From the NCBI GenBank assembly GCA_905479875.1, contig CAJQOG010000123.1, positions 1-40,848 on the forward strand: DNA of 40,848 bases, given 5' to 3'. A program made the translations under genes and the position numbers. This DNA comes from an uncultured Gammaproteobacteria bacterium (GTDB taxonomy: Bacteria > Pseudomonadota > Gammaproteobacteria > Steroidobacterales > JABDMI01). The notes under the pieces are model-generated. The model was given only the letters and a program-made list of their open reading frames with translations. It ran no database searches and was not told the DNA's origin. This document shows positions 28,782 through 38,191 of this stretch, in pieces (position 1 is the first letter of the stretch; every line of letters begins with the position of its first letter).

Positions 28782-29804
28782 TTATGTTGTTGGATCGGCA
28801 ACTTTAAGTAATTGTTTGCCATGATTTTTACCAGTAAAGATGCGTTGAAACGCTTCGGGAGCATTTTCTAAACCATCTTGAACATCTTCTTGGTACTTAA
28901 CCTTACCTTCCTGTACCCAGTGTGTTAAAGCGCTTATCGCTTCAGGAAAACGTTTAGCATAGTCTAAAATAATAAAGCCCTGCATAGAAGCTCGCATCAC
29001 AATCAAACGTGTATAACTTTTTGGCCCACTTGGGTTATCAGTATTGTAATCGGAGATAGCGCCACACAAAACAACTTTACCGTGCATAGCTATTTGATCT
29101 AATACATTGTCTAAGATTGGACCGCCAACATTATCAAAATATCTATCTACACCATTCGGGCAGTATTCTCTTAATTTAGCTTTTACGTTATCATTCTTAT
29201 AGTCAATGGCGTGATCTAAACCGAAAAATTCGGTTAAGTTTTTACATTTCTCAGGACCACCTGCTATACCAATAACTTTACAACCTTTTAGTTTAGCAAT
29301 TTGACAAGCAACTGAACCAGTGGCGCCTGCAGCACCCGAGACTACAACGGTTTGCCCTTCTTTAAGATCAGCAACTTCAAGCATTCCGAAATATGCAGTT
29401 AAGCCAGTGATACCGAAAATACTCAAAGGCATGGTTAATGGCACACCTTTAGGGAGTACTTGAAATGGGAGAATATTAGCACCTGTAGTGACACAGTAAT
29501 CTTGCCATCCAATGCCACCCATTACTTTATCGCCAATTTTGAATTTGTCGTTTTTCGAGGCAATGACTTCGCCTACCGAGTTACACCGCATCACTTCACC
29601 AATGGCAATAGCTTTTACATATGTGTCTCGTTCATTCATCCATGCACGCAAAGTTGGGTCAAAAGACATGTAAATACTTTTTACTAAAAACTCTCCATCA
29701 TTTAACTCAGGAACAGGAACCTCTTGAAAGGTAAAATTCTCACGCGAGACCATATTTTCAGGGCGTGATGTCATAACCCACTGGCGGTTGATTAAAGCTG
29801 TCAT
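28782..29804 (-). CDS. NADP-dependent oxidoreductase (CurA/PTGR-like MDR family)
   Basis: GITGLTAYFG, VVSGAAGATGS, GIAGGPEKC, YFDNVGG, CGAISDYN; start at 29804 after a GAGAGGA RBS. Confidence 0.92.
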   Translation of the reverse strand: MTALINRQWVMTSRPENMVSRENFTFQEVPVPELNDGEFLVKSIYMSFDPTLRAWMNERDTYVKAIAIGEVMRCNSVGEVIASKNDKFKIGDKVMGGIGWQDYCVTTGANILPFQVLPKGVPLTMPLSIFGITGLTAYFGMLEVADLKEGQTVVVSGAAGATGSVACQIAKLKGCKVIGIAGGPEKCKNLTEFFGLDHAIDYKNDNVKAKLREYCPNGVDRYFDNVGGPILDNVLDQIAMHGKVVLCGAISDYNTDNPSGPKSYTRLIVMRASMQGFIILDYAKRFPEAISALTHWVQEGKVKYQEDVQDGLENAPEAFQRIFTGKNHGKQLLKVADPTT

Positions 29805-29843
29805 ATTGTTTCCTCTCAATGCAATTAACAAAATCAAATTATC

Positions 29844-29874
29844 TAATCATCATAATCTATATTTATGATGATTA
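29844..29874. promoter_or_regulatory. 12-bp inverted repeat upstream of the oxidoreductase gene
   Basis: TAATCATCATAA-TCTATAT-TTATGATGATTA. Confidence 0.5.
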
Positions 29875-29919
29875 AAACTACTATATGTTATATTTATGTT
29901 ATATATTGCTGAGTATTAT

Positions 29920-30357
29920 TTACTTAAAATACAGAAAAGAACTATATAAGCCTATATAGGCAAGGATGATTAAAGGCTGTACTTCCCCCGCTCCAGGATG
30001 CAAAACACTGCGATTGGGTTTGCGTGGGTCATAATATACAGAGACTCTTTTATTCTTACTGATACCCAGTAAGCTATCTGAGGCTTCAAAGTAATTACTG
30101 GTGATTTGTGACCCAAAAAATAAGCGTCTAGATTCATATAAAACACCATTAACGCGATAGGCGTAATGTACATAGGGCTCATGAGTCACCTCATAGTCTT
30201 CGTCATAAGCTGTTTTTGTTCTAACTTCTGCGTTTAAAACGGTTCCTGTGATTGTGCTCCAGTGCTTAGATTTTTGTGCAAAGTATATTGCATAGATTTC
30301 GTATGCTATACCCCCTAAACAAATTGATGCAAAGAGAATATGTAAGATAAGAGACAT
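29920..30357 (-). CDS. DUF3592-like membrane protein
   Basis: N-terminal TM, SKHWSTITGTV, YAYRVNG, VSVYYDPRKPNRSVL, C-terminal TM. Confidence 0.8.
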   Translation of the reverse strand: MSLILHILFASICLGGIAYEIYAIYFAQKSKHWSTITGTVLNAEVRTKTAYDEDYEVTHEPYVHYAYRVNGVLYESRRLFFGSQITSNYFEASDSLLGISKNKRVSVYYDPRKPNRSVLHPGAGEVQPLIILAYIGLYSSFLYFK

Positions 30358-30396
30358 AGAATAAAGATTTAATTAGTAATAATCGTATAAGGCTTA

Positions 30397-30822
30397 TTAA
30401 GCAGACCATTTAGAGTAGCTAAAAATAAAATTCAGAATCTCATCGACTTTATCCTTGTCGTATTGAATAAATAAACTATCAATATAATTCAAGAATACAT
30501 TTAAATTAGGTAAATCATGGCCGAGTTCAATTTGTTTAAAGCCCATAGACCAATTTGGAAAAAAACGTTTTGGGATTTCCCCAATTATTGGTTGAGGTGC
30601 ACAGTTATGGCGTGAATCGACTTGTATTTTGTCATAAAGAGTTAGTATATTATCAAGATCACCCTCTAACATTTGCATGAAAATGCCTTCTTGATACAGT
30701 AATAAGCCAGTTATACCGGTTTTTAAATTATTACTATTTGCTTTCTCCCATAGCAAGCTTAGCTCTTCTAAGGAAAAGAAGCTATTTGAGGTGCTTGTAT
30801 AAATTAGGTAAGAAATAGTCAT
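30397..30822 (-). CDS. Stand-alone BLUF blue-light sensor
   Basis: LIYTS (Tyr), NN..GITGLL, FMQMLEG (Gln), DSRH, RFFPNWSMG (Trp/Met). Confidence 0.92.
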   Translation of the reverse strand: MTISYLIYTSTSNSFFSLEELSLLWEKANSNNLKTGITGLLLYQEGIFMQMLEGDLDNILTLYDKIQVDSRHNCAPQPIIGEIPKRFFPNWSMGFKQIELGHDLPNLNVFLNYIDSLFIQYDKDKVDEILNFIFSYSKWSA

Positions 30823-30915
30823 TACAATAGTATCTTAACGTATAGTTTATATTTTTATTATATTAATATAGCCGTAAAATAATATTTGTGAAAAATAATC
30901 AATTTGGAGATTAGG

Positions 30916-31194
30916 ATGCAAGCTTTATGGAACAATCAAGTAATAGCAGATAGTGATAAAACCATAGTGGTTGAAGGTAATCATTACTTTCCTCCAGAAG
31001 CTCTAAATAAACGTTACTTTAAAGACTCAGACAAAACGACTAGTTGTTTTTGGAAAGGCACAGCAAATTATAAACACATAGTTGTAAATGGAGAAAATAA
31101 CCCTGATGCGGCCTGGTACTACCCAGAACCAAAAGATAAGGCCATGAATATAAAAGGCTATTATGCATTTTGGCGTGGTGTTGTGATAATCTAG
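30916..31194 (+). CDS. DUF427 family protein
   Basis: VVEGNHYFPP, TTSCFWKGTANY, NPDAAWYYPEPK; ATG 30916 after GGAG. Confidence 0.9.
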   Translation: MQALWNNQVIADSDKTIVVEGNHYFPPEALNKRYFKDSDKTTSCFWKGTANYKHIVVNGENNPDAAWYYPEPKDKAMNIKGYYAFWRGVVII

Positions 31195-31196
31195 AC

Positions 31197-31739
31197 TTAC
31201 AAAAGCTTATGCATAGGCACACATTTATGAGTGTTCTCTGGGGTAGTTCCACAATCGATGATTTCATCACCTAAATAGGCGCAGGATTTATATAATCGGT
31301 GTCCGGGTAATGTGGCCATTAACTCCATTTTTTTGAAGCCCTCTTGTCTGGCCTCAGCTTCACATAAACGGATTAACTCTCTGCCTATGCCCAAACGAGT
31401 AAAGTCGGGATGTACAAAAAAGGCCCTTATTCTGGCCGAATCGGCTTCTGGATCTAGCAATGGTGATGCCTCATTGCCTTTTGAAGCGCCAAACAATTTG
31501 GCTCGCCTACTCCATCCGCCACATCCAGCTAAATCTCCGTTGACAGATTGAGCTATAAAATAAGTTTGATCAGCAATTAACTCCTCATCCACACCCCAAA
31601 CTGTTCCAATAGCCGCTTCAATTTGTTGAGGGGTATAGTCATGGTTAGCTAAACCACGAGCTGATAGAGCAATAAGATCTATCAACTTTACAACATCAAT
31701 AGTCTGAGCTTTTCGAAAAAGGATACGGTTTTGCAGCAT
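31197..31739 (-). CDS. GNAT family N-acetyltransferase
   Basis: GCGGWS, IRAFFVHPDFTRLGIGR acetyl-CoA motif A, ATLPG..LY. Confidence 0.88.
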   Translation of the reverse strand: MLQNRILFRKAQTIDVVKLIDLIALSARGLANHDYTPQQIEAAIGTVWGVDEELIADQTYFIAQSVNGDLAGCGGWSRRAKLFGASKGNEASPLLDPEADSARIRAFFVHPDFTRLGIGRELIRLCEAEARQEGFKKMELMATLPGHRLYKSCAYLGDEIIDCGTTPENTHKCVPMHKLL

Positions 31740-31837
31740 TGGGAAATAATACCACTCAATTTTGCAAGATTATATGCTCAGACGGCGAATAAAGAGATTA
31801 GAATGGTCAGTAGTAAAGAATTAATCAAGGGCAGTGT

Positions 31838-32458
31838 ATGAGCGACCTAATTTATCGACAAGTTGAGCAAGCCATTAAAAGTGGCAGAATCATTCAAGCC
31901 ATAAAATTATTACGAAAGGTTGAGAACCTCAATTTGAGTGAAGCTAAGGAACGAATTGAAGAAATGGCAGATAAACTGCGTGGTGTTGAAAGAGAATCTT
32001 ATCCACAACAAAAGACAGATAGGGAAATTCTTGAGGCGTCGTCAAGACCAAGGGCCCATAGTCATGCTCCTGCACGTTCAGGAGTTTATAACATAGAAGG
32101 TGATCTACCTACAGAAGCATTTTTGTTTTTTCAAAGGGGTGAGGTCGAAAAAGGGATAAAAGTTATTGAAACCAATAAGGGCGTCAATAAAAATTCGGCC
32201 ATACGAATGGCGAAAATGTTTTATCAACAGCACCCTGAATATACCTCTGCAGAAATTGGAAGGTTTATGGGAGTTGGATCTAAAGAGAGAGACTATTCGA
32301 TTTCTACAATGGACAACTCAAGCACTAAACCTACCGATAATACTAAAGCAAATAATACGAAAAAGACCCCTAAGAAAAATAATAATGGTGGAAGTCTATT
32401 TAAAACTATTTTCTTTTTTATTATTTTTATTAATATTATTCGTGCCATTATTGATTAA
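31838..32458 (+). CDS. Hypothetical membrane-anchored protein with L7/L12 C-terminal-like motifs
   Basis: GRIIQAIKLLRKVENLNLSEAKERIE and a second weaker copy GEVEKGIKVIETNKGVNKNSAIRMA; low-complexity linker; C-terminal TM helix. Confidence 0.65.
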   Translation: MSDLIYRQVEQAIKSGRIIQAIKLLRKVENLNLSEAKERIEEMADKLRGVERESYPQQKTDREILEASSRPRAHSHAPARSGVYNIEGDLPTEAFLFFQRGEVEKGIKVIETNKGVNKNSAIRMAKMFYQQHPEYTSAEIGRFMGVGSKERDYSISTMDNSSTKPTDNTKANNTKKTPKKNNNGGSLFKTIFFFIIFINIIRAIID

Positions 32459-32475
32459 ATGAAAAATAAAAATAA

Positions 32476-33888
32476 ATGTCAGATTCATTAAAGCAATTAG
32501 TATGGTTAAAAACATGTGACCTTAGAGTAAAAGATAATTCTGCTCTGTATCATGGTGCAGCAGCCGGGCCTGTTATAGCCGTATTCGTAGTAACTCCTGA
32601 GCAATATACTCAACACAGTGATGCGTTGATAAAACAAGATTTTTGGTATCGCAATTTACTTAAACTAAGTGAAGAATTAGACAAACTTAACATTCCTTTG
32701 AAAATTTTACAATGTGCTAGTTTTAAAGAATTGCCTGATGAACTATTTAAATTTTCAGTTATTAATAATGTAAGTGAGATACATTTTAATAAACAGTATG
32801 AATTGAATGAAAGAGCTTGTGAAGACGTAGTAAATGAACGCTTCGAAAAAAATGGCATTCAAGTCAATTGTTATTCTGACACACTTTTCTTTGAACCAGG
32901 AACCTTGCTTACAGGAAAAAATACTTATTACACAGTATTCACGGCCTTCAAAAACTTATTTAACAAAGAGTTTGAAAAACTGGCCTGGCAAGTATGGCCG
33001 AAACCTAAAAAACAGATTCCTATAGAGGTAGAAGCCGACAGCGTTTTGGCATGGATTGACGAAACGGATATACGAGTCGATTTGTGGCCCGCAGGGGAAT
33101 CTGCTGCTAAGCGCCGTTTAAATGAATTTATAAAAAACCGTGTATTAAATTATAAAGACACACGTGATATTCCATCAATCAATGGTACCAGTACCATCTC
33201 ACCTTACTTAGCAGCAGGAGTCATATCGGCTAGGCAGTGTTTTGTTGCCTTAGAGAGTTTAGGTAATAAACAAAGTAATATAGGTGCTGTGACGTGGCGC
33301 ACAGAGTTGATATGGAGAGAGTTTTACAAGCATATATTGATAGGGTTCCCACAGGTGTCACAACATTTGCCTTTCAAAGCAAAAACTAGCAAAATAGTGT
33401 GGAACGATAATGAAGAACACTTTAAAGCTTGGTGTGAAGGTCGAACTGGAGTTCCGTTAGTAGATGCGGCAATGCGACAGTTAGTGCAAACTGGTTGGAT
33501 GCATAACCGTCTTAGAATGGTAACGGCAATGTACTTATCTAAGAATTTATTTTTAGATTGGCGTAAAGGCGAAGAATTTTTTATGCAGCATCTGATCGAT
33601 GGTGATTTGTCGGCAAATAATGGTGGCTGGCAATGGAGTGCGTCAACAGGAACTGATGCTGCGCCCTACTTTCGTATATTTAATCCAGTAACTCAATCGC
33701 AGCGTTTTGATCTAGAAGGAAAGTTTATTCGCAAGTTTGTACCCGAACTAAAAAATTGTGATAAAAAAACCATTCATGATCCGTGGGCGAGTAAGACGCG
33801 TCCTATAAAATTAGATTATCCTAAACCGATTGTGGATTTGAAAATTACTCGACAATTAGCAATTGAGAAATTTAAAGAATTAGGATAA
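32476..33888 (+). CDS. phrB: Deoxyribodipyrimidine photolyase (class I CPD)
   Basis: DLRVKDNSAL, GTSTISPYL, ELIWREFY, GRTGVPLVDAAMRQL, GWMHNRLRM, DGDLSANNGGWQW, PYFRIFNP. Confidence 0.96.
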   Translation: MSDSLKQLVWLKTCDLRVKDNSALYHGAAAGPVIAVFVVTPEQYTQHSDALIKQDFWYRNLLKLSEELDKLNIPLKILQCASFKELPDELFKFSVINNVSEIHFNKQYELNERACEDVVNERFEKNGIQVNCYSDTLFFEPGTLLTGKNTYYTVFTAFKNLFNKEFEKLAWQVWPKPKKQIPIEVEADSVLAWIDETDIRVDLWPAGESAAKRRLNEFIKNRVLNYKDTRDIPSINGTSTISPYLAAGVISARQCFVALESLGNKQSNIGAVTWRTELIWREFYKHILIGFPQVSQHLPFKAKTSKIVWNDNEEHFKAWCEGRTGVPLVDAAMRQLVQTGWMHNRLRMVTAMYLSKNLFLDWRKGEEFFMQHLIDGDLSANNGGWQWSASTGTDAAPYFRIFNPVTQSQRFDLEGKFIRKFVPELKNCDKKTIHDPWASKTRPIKLDYPKPIVDLKITRQLAIEKFKELG

Positions 33889-33956
33889 AAGTTAAAGTCA
33901 AATTACAAAGAGTGCATATTACGCTAATTTACTGAATACTAATCAGGAGAAATGTC

Positions 33957-34271
33957 ATGCCACAGTTTATGCTTACCTACGTAGGAAGTCCTAATCATCC
34001 TTCCACTCCCGAAGAAGGACAGAATCACATGGCCGAGTACAAAGCTTGGCTTGGAAGTTTAGGTGCAGCAGCGATAAGTCCAATGAATCCTCTTAAAGGC
34101 ACATGTTTAGTGAATCCCGATGCAACAGTGACTCAAGGCGGAATAACTGGTATGTCTGGATTTACACTGATTGAAGCGGAGACACTTGAGGCGGCTTTAG
34201 AAGTAGCAAAAAATTGCCCATATTTAGGAATTGATGGCACCTTAGAAGTATCGGAAATGATTGTGATGTAA
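33957..34271 (+). CDS. YciI-like protein
   Basis: SGFTLIEAETLEAALEVAKNCP...GTLEV; AGGAG RBS. Confidence 0.75.
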   Translation: MPQFMLTYVGSPNHPSTPEEGQNHMAEYKAWLGSLGAAAISPMNPLKGTCLVNPDATVTQGGITGMSGFTLIEAETLEAALEVAKNCPYLGIDGTLEVSEMIVM

Positions 34272-34330
34272 GCCTTGTTTTATTTTACAAAGAGTCGGCT
34301 TACTCAAAATTTAGGTTTGAATTAATAATT

Positions 34331-35092
34331 ATGAAAAAAATTCTATTCACGCTAGTTTTACTTCTTTGTTTGTCCTGTACTTCTGTATCGACTACACAAA
34401 CAATGTCACAACAGAAAACTATTGTTTTTGTGCATGGTGCTTGGGGTGGCGCATGGGATTATCAGGTAATGGAAAAGCTTTTAGAAGATAAAGGTCACAA
34501 AGTTTACCGACCTACTCTGACTGGCCAAGGCGAACGTTCGCATTTACTCAATCCATCCATAAATTTAGAGACTCATATTATGGATATTCTTAACGTAATT
34601 AAATTTGAAGGCTTAGAGAATTTTATTTTAGTCGGCCACAGTTACGGAGGTATGGTAATTACCGGTGTGGCAGATAAAGTCCCAGAAAAAATTAGGCATC
34701 TTGTTTATATGGATGCTTATATCCCGCTTGATGGTGAAAATGCATTAAGTTTGTTTCCCCAAGAATCCCAAGAATTTTTTATACAACATGCAAAAGATAA
34801 TGGTGATGGGCATAGTCTTCCTCCTTTTTGGGAGGGCTGGAAAAAAACTAAAGATGTTGCTCATCCTTTCAATACACTTTTGCAAGCGATTTCTTTAAAG
34901 AATGAATTGCGTAAGAACATTCCAGCTACTTATGTTTTGACTATTGATGAAGGCGCTGAAACTGATGCGTTTAGTCCTTTTGCTGAGCGTGCTAAAAAAA
35001 ATGGATGGGACTATCATGAATGGATTACCGAGCATAATACTCAACGTAGCATGCCAAATGAATATGCTGAGTTGCTTCATAATATTAAATAA
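34331..35092 (+). CDS. Alpha/beta hydrolase (esterase-like) with signal/lipoprotein peptide
   Basis: VFVHGAWGGAW, PTLTGQGER, LVGHSYGGMVI, LVYMDA. Confidence 0.88.
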   Translation: MKKILFTLVLLLCLSCTSVSTTQTMSQQKTIVFVHGAWGGAWDYQVMEKLLEDKGHKVYRPTLTGQGERSHLLNPSINLETHIMDILNVIKFEGLENFILVGHSYGGMVITGVADKVPEKIRHLVYMDAYIPLDGENALSLFPQESQEFFIQHAKDNGDGHSLPPFWEGWKKTKDVAHPFNTLLQAISLKNELRKNIPATYVLTIDEGAETDAFSPFAERAKKNGWDYHEWITEHNTQRSMPNEYAELLHNIK

Positions 35093-35110
35093 TAGTCCTA
35101 GTTGTATCAG

Positions 35111-35575
35111 ATGAAAATTATAATTGATGATTTATCTAGTCCCGAAATAGCTAGTTTTTTGCAAGAGCACATAGAGGACATGCGTGCTACTTCTCCACCG
35201 GAAAGTAAACATGCTCTAGACTTGTCGGGTTTAAAGCAAGCCGATATAACCTTTTGGTCAGTCTCTTATAAAAACAAGATAGTTGCCTGTGGTGCGCTTA
35301 AAGAACTGAGCGCTACGCATGCTGAAATCAAATCAATGCGAACTTCTGCTAGGCTTAGGGGCAAAGGCCTTGCATCAAAAATGCTGCAACATATTCTAGA
35401 TGAAGCAAAAGCTAGACAATATAAAAAACTTAGTTTAGAGACGGGCTCAATGGAATTCTTTACACCAGCAAGAGCGCTCTATAAAAAATTTGGTTTTTCT
35501 GAATGCCCGCCATTTGCTAATTACACAAATGATCCCAACAGTATTTTTATGCAATTAATATTAAAGGACTCATGA
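35111..35575 (+). CDS. GNAT family N-acetyltransferase (YedL-like)
   Basis: SPPESKHALD, EIKSMRT..RGKG, LSLETGS, FTPARALY; ATG 35111 preferred over TTG 35102. Confidence 0.9.
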   Translation: MKIIIDDLSSPEIASFLQEHIEDMRATSPPESKHALDLSGLKQADITFWSVSYKNKIVACGALKELSATHAEIKSMRTSARLRGKGLASKMLQHILDEAKARQYKKLSLETGSMEFFTPARALYKKFGFSECPPFANYTNDPNSIFMQLILKDS

Positions 35576-35970
35576 TGAAATCAATACCACAGTTAAACAG
35601 AATTGACCATGTGCATGTTTATGTAAGCGACAGAATTGCAGCCGTAGAATGGTATGAAACCGTTTTAGGTCTAAGTATACAAAAAGAATTTGAGTTTTGG
35701 GCAAAAGACGGAGGTCCTTTAACCTTAGAAAACCAGGCGGGTAGTGTTCATCTTGCATTATTTGAATCGGGTAAAGCGCCCTCTTCAACGGTTGCTTTTG
35801 GAGTCAGTGGCGAGCAATTCATAGAATGGAAAGAACATCTGGAAAATTCGGCAATTAAATTACGAGTTTCTGATCACACTAAAGCATGGTCTATGTATTT
35901 CTCGGACCCATTTGAAAATCTATTCGAGATTACTAGTTATGATTTTGAATATCTGATAAGTAAACTTTAA
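35572..35970 (+). CDS. VOC/glyoxalase family protein
   Basis: IDHVHVYV, WYETVLG, SMYFSDPFENLFEI; ATGA overlap with the GNAT gene. Confidence 0.88.
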   Translation: MMKSIPQLNRIDHVHVYVSDRIAAVEWYETVLGLSIQKEFEFWAKDGGPLTLENQAGSVHLALFESGKAPSSTVAFGVSGEQFIEWKEHLENSAIKLRVSDHTKAWSMYFSDPFENLFEITSYDFEYLISKL

Positions 35971-36356
35971 TAATTTTAATTTGTACAGTTTCGTGACGAC
36001 TGACTTTTGTCGTATATTTTTAGGAGGAAAATTATCAGAAAGGCAAAAGACATATTTAAAGATTTAAAAGTAGCTTTAAAAATAGATTTAAACAGCGCAG
36101 TTAGTGAAACAAAAAGAAATATAAGAACGCTATAATTGTCTATTAAAGACAAAAATTTCTAAAATCAAAGGCAATTTTGTACAATTTATGCATAGATTTA
36201 TCGTAAACATATTTTGTAGCTTACTAAGCACTGCAATTACTAAAAAAATATGATATAAATTCATCCTTGTTCTCGCTCGACATAAAGATTCATAGAAATC
36301 TAAAAGAACATGTTTTCTCAATAAAAAATACTGAAACTCAAGTGGAGCAACCTAAA

Positions 36357-36686
36357 ATGGCAGGAAAATTCGAGCTGAAAAAATCAGCCAATGGACAATT
36401 TTATTTCAATCTTAAATCTTCAAATGGTCAAATTATTTTAGCCAGTGAGATGTATAAAGCTAAAGCAAGTGCATTAAACGGAATTGAATCAATTCGTAAA
36501 AACTGTAAAGATCAGTCTTGTTATGTACGTAAGCAATCGACCAATGGCAAACCTTACTTTGTATTACGAGCGCGTAATCATCAAGTAATAGGTAAGAGTC
36601 AAATGTATAACTCGCCAAAAGCAATGGAAAATGGTATTGCTTCAGTTGGTACTAATGCCCCAAAAGCTGTAATAGCTGAAAAATAG
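36357..36686 (+). CDS. yegP: YegP family protein (tandem DUF1508)
   Basis: MAGKFELKKS..GQFYFNLK..NGQIILASEMY and repeat FVLRARNHQVIGKSQMY; ATG 36357 after GGAG. Confidence 0.92.
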   Translation: MAGKFELKKSANGQFYFNLKSSNGQIILASEMYKAKASALNGIESIRKNCKDQSCYVRKQSTNGKPYFVLRARNHQVIGKSQMYNSPKAMENGIASVGTNAPKAVIAEK

Positions 36687-36707
36687 ATAACAATGAAATT
36701 CATTTAC

Positions 36708-36733
36708 AAAGGCATACTTCGGTGTGCCTTTTT
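36708..36733 (+). terminator. Rho-independent terminator after yegP
   Basis: AAAGGCATAC-TTCG-GTGTGCCTTT-TT (C-UUCG-G tetraloop). Confidence 0.9.
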
Positions 36734-36784
36734 ATTTTAAGCGTATAAGTATTGTAATTATTAATAGTGAAAAATTTGATGCAA

Positions 36785-37318
36785 ATGACTAAAAAGCTAA
36801 TTCTCATTATTTCTCTGACTTTCATTCTTAGTGGCTGCACTGGTATTCCGAAAGGGCTTCAACCCATCACAGATTTTGATAGTGAAAGGTACCTAGGTAC
36901 TTGGTACGAAATAGCCCGTTTAGATCATAAGTTTGAACGTGGAATGAGTCATGTTAAGGCTACCTACTCAAAAAGAGATAAGGGTGGAATCACCGTTGTC
37001 AATAAAGGCTATATCAAAGCCGATAATGAGTGGAAGAGCGTTGAGGGTAAAGCTTTTTTGAACGGCAAGCCTAATGAAGGGCGTTTAAAGGTTAGTTTTT
37101 TTGGACCATTTTATGGTGGCTATAATATTGTCATTCTTGATGAGAACTATAATTATTCACTAGTTGCTGGACCTAATAGAGATAGTCTTTGGATTCTTTC
37201 GCGTACAAAAGAAATGGATAAAGAAACTTACAATTCATTAGTGCAGCAAGCAAAAATATGGGGCTTTGCAACCGATGAACTTATTAAAGTTGAGCAAGGC
37301 GACATACTTAGTAAATAG
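36785..37318 (+). CDS. blc: Outer-membrane lipoprotein lipocalin Blc
   Basis: LSGC lipobox, RYLGTWYEIARLDHKFERG, LKVSFFGPFYGGY, LWILSR; exact start uncertain (36767-36785). Confidence 0.93.
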   Translation: MTKKLILIISLTFILSGCTGIPKGLQPITDFDSERYLGTWYEIARLDHKFERGMSHVKATYSKRDKGGITVVNKGYIKADNEWKSVEGKAFLNGKPNEGRLKVSFFGPFYGGYNIVILDENYNYSLVAGPNRDSLWILSRTKEMDKETYNSLVQQAKIWGFATDELIKVEQGDILSK

Positions 37319-37339
37319 ATTCCCTCTATAATTCTTTGC

Positions 37340-38191
37340 ATGCAATGCATTGACACTATAATTAAAACGCAAGATGGGTTTCCATTGGCCGTTAGTCAAT
37401 TTAAACCAAATAACGCTAAAGCCCATTTAGTGATTGCGGCTGGATTAGGTATACCAAAAGATTTCTATAGGCATATTGCACAGTTTGCAGCTAATAGAGA
37501 GTATGTAGTTACGACTTTTGATTATCGTGGCATTAGTGAGTCTCAGGATGTAAACTTTAAAGGCAGAGATCATAAGTTCTCTTACTGGGGTCAGAGAGAT
37601 TTACATGCAGTTTTCCAACATCTAAAAACTACTTCAACACTACCACTAATCTATCTTGCACATAGTGCTGGCGGACAAATTCTTGGAATGACGCCGTATT
37701 GTAAAGATGTTGTTGCAGCAAGCTTTATTGGAAGTGTAATTCCTGACGCAAAAAACTACCCTAAATTAATTGACAAAATAAAGCTTAAATTTTTATGGTG
37801 GGTATTATTGCCTGTTCTTTCTATGTTTGGTGATACTGTTCCGGCAAGTAAAGTCGGTTTATCGAATATTGATGTGCCAACTGGCGTTGTGCGAGAATGG
37901 TCTGCATGGGGCCGTACAAGACGATATTTATTTAACCCAAAATTTAATTATGACTTGAGTGAATACTCTTCTTTTACATCACCATTAAAAGTATTAGCCA
38001 TTGCAGACGATGAATTAGCCACGCCGGAAAGTTGTTTTGATTTAGCTACAGAGTACATAAACGCACAGGTGGAAGAAGTGATTTTACAGCCTTCTGTACA
38101 AGGTTTGAGTTTAGGTCACTTCGGATTCTTTCGTGAAAAGGCAGGGGTTTTCTGGGATGACTTGTTTGACTGGTATGATGAACAGATATGA
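37340..38191 (+). CDS. Predicted alpha/beta hydrolase (Ser nucleophile)
   Basis: TFDYRGISES, AHSAGGQ, DDELA, LGHFGFF. Confidence 0.85.
   Translation: MQCIDTIIKTQDGFPLAVSQFKPNNAKAHLVIAAGLGIPKDFYRHIAQFAANREYVVTTFDYRGISESQDVNFKGRDHKFSYWGQRDLHAVFQHLKTTSTLPLIYLAHSAGGQILGMTPYCKDVVAASFIGSVIPDAKNYPKLIDKIKLKFLWWVLLPVLSMFGDTVPASKVGLSNIDVPTGVVREWSAWGRTRRYLFNPKFNYDLSEYSSFTSPLKVLAIADDELATPESCFDLATEYINAQVEEVILQPSVQGLSLGHFGFFREKAGVFWDDLFDWYDEQI

Noticed and set aside
28778-28864. Apparent 83-bp overlap of the GDSL and oxidoreductase ORFs
   Set aside because: Artefact of longest-ORF start choice; the lipobox places the GDSL start at 28777 or 28771.
35971-36356. Possible c-di-GMP or other riboswitch in the 386-bp gap (GGCAAA words)
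   Set aside because: No GEMM-type paired stems, GNRA loop or receptor could be built; region is very AT-rich.
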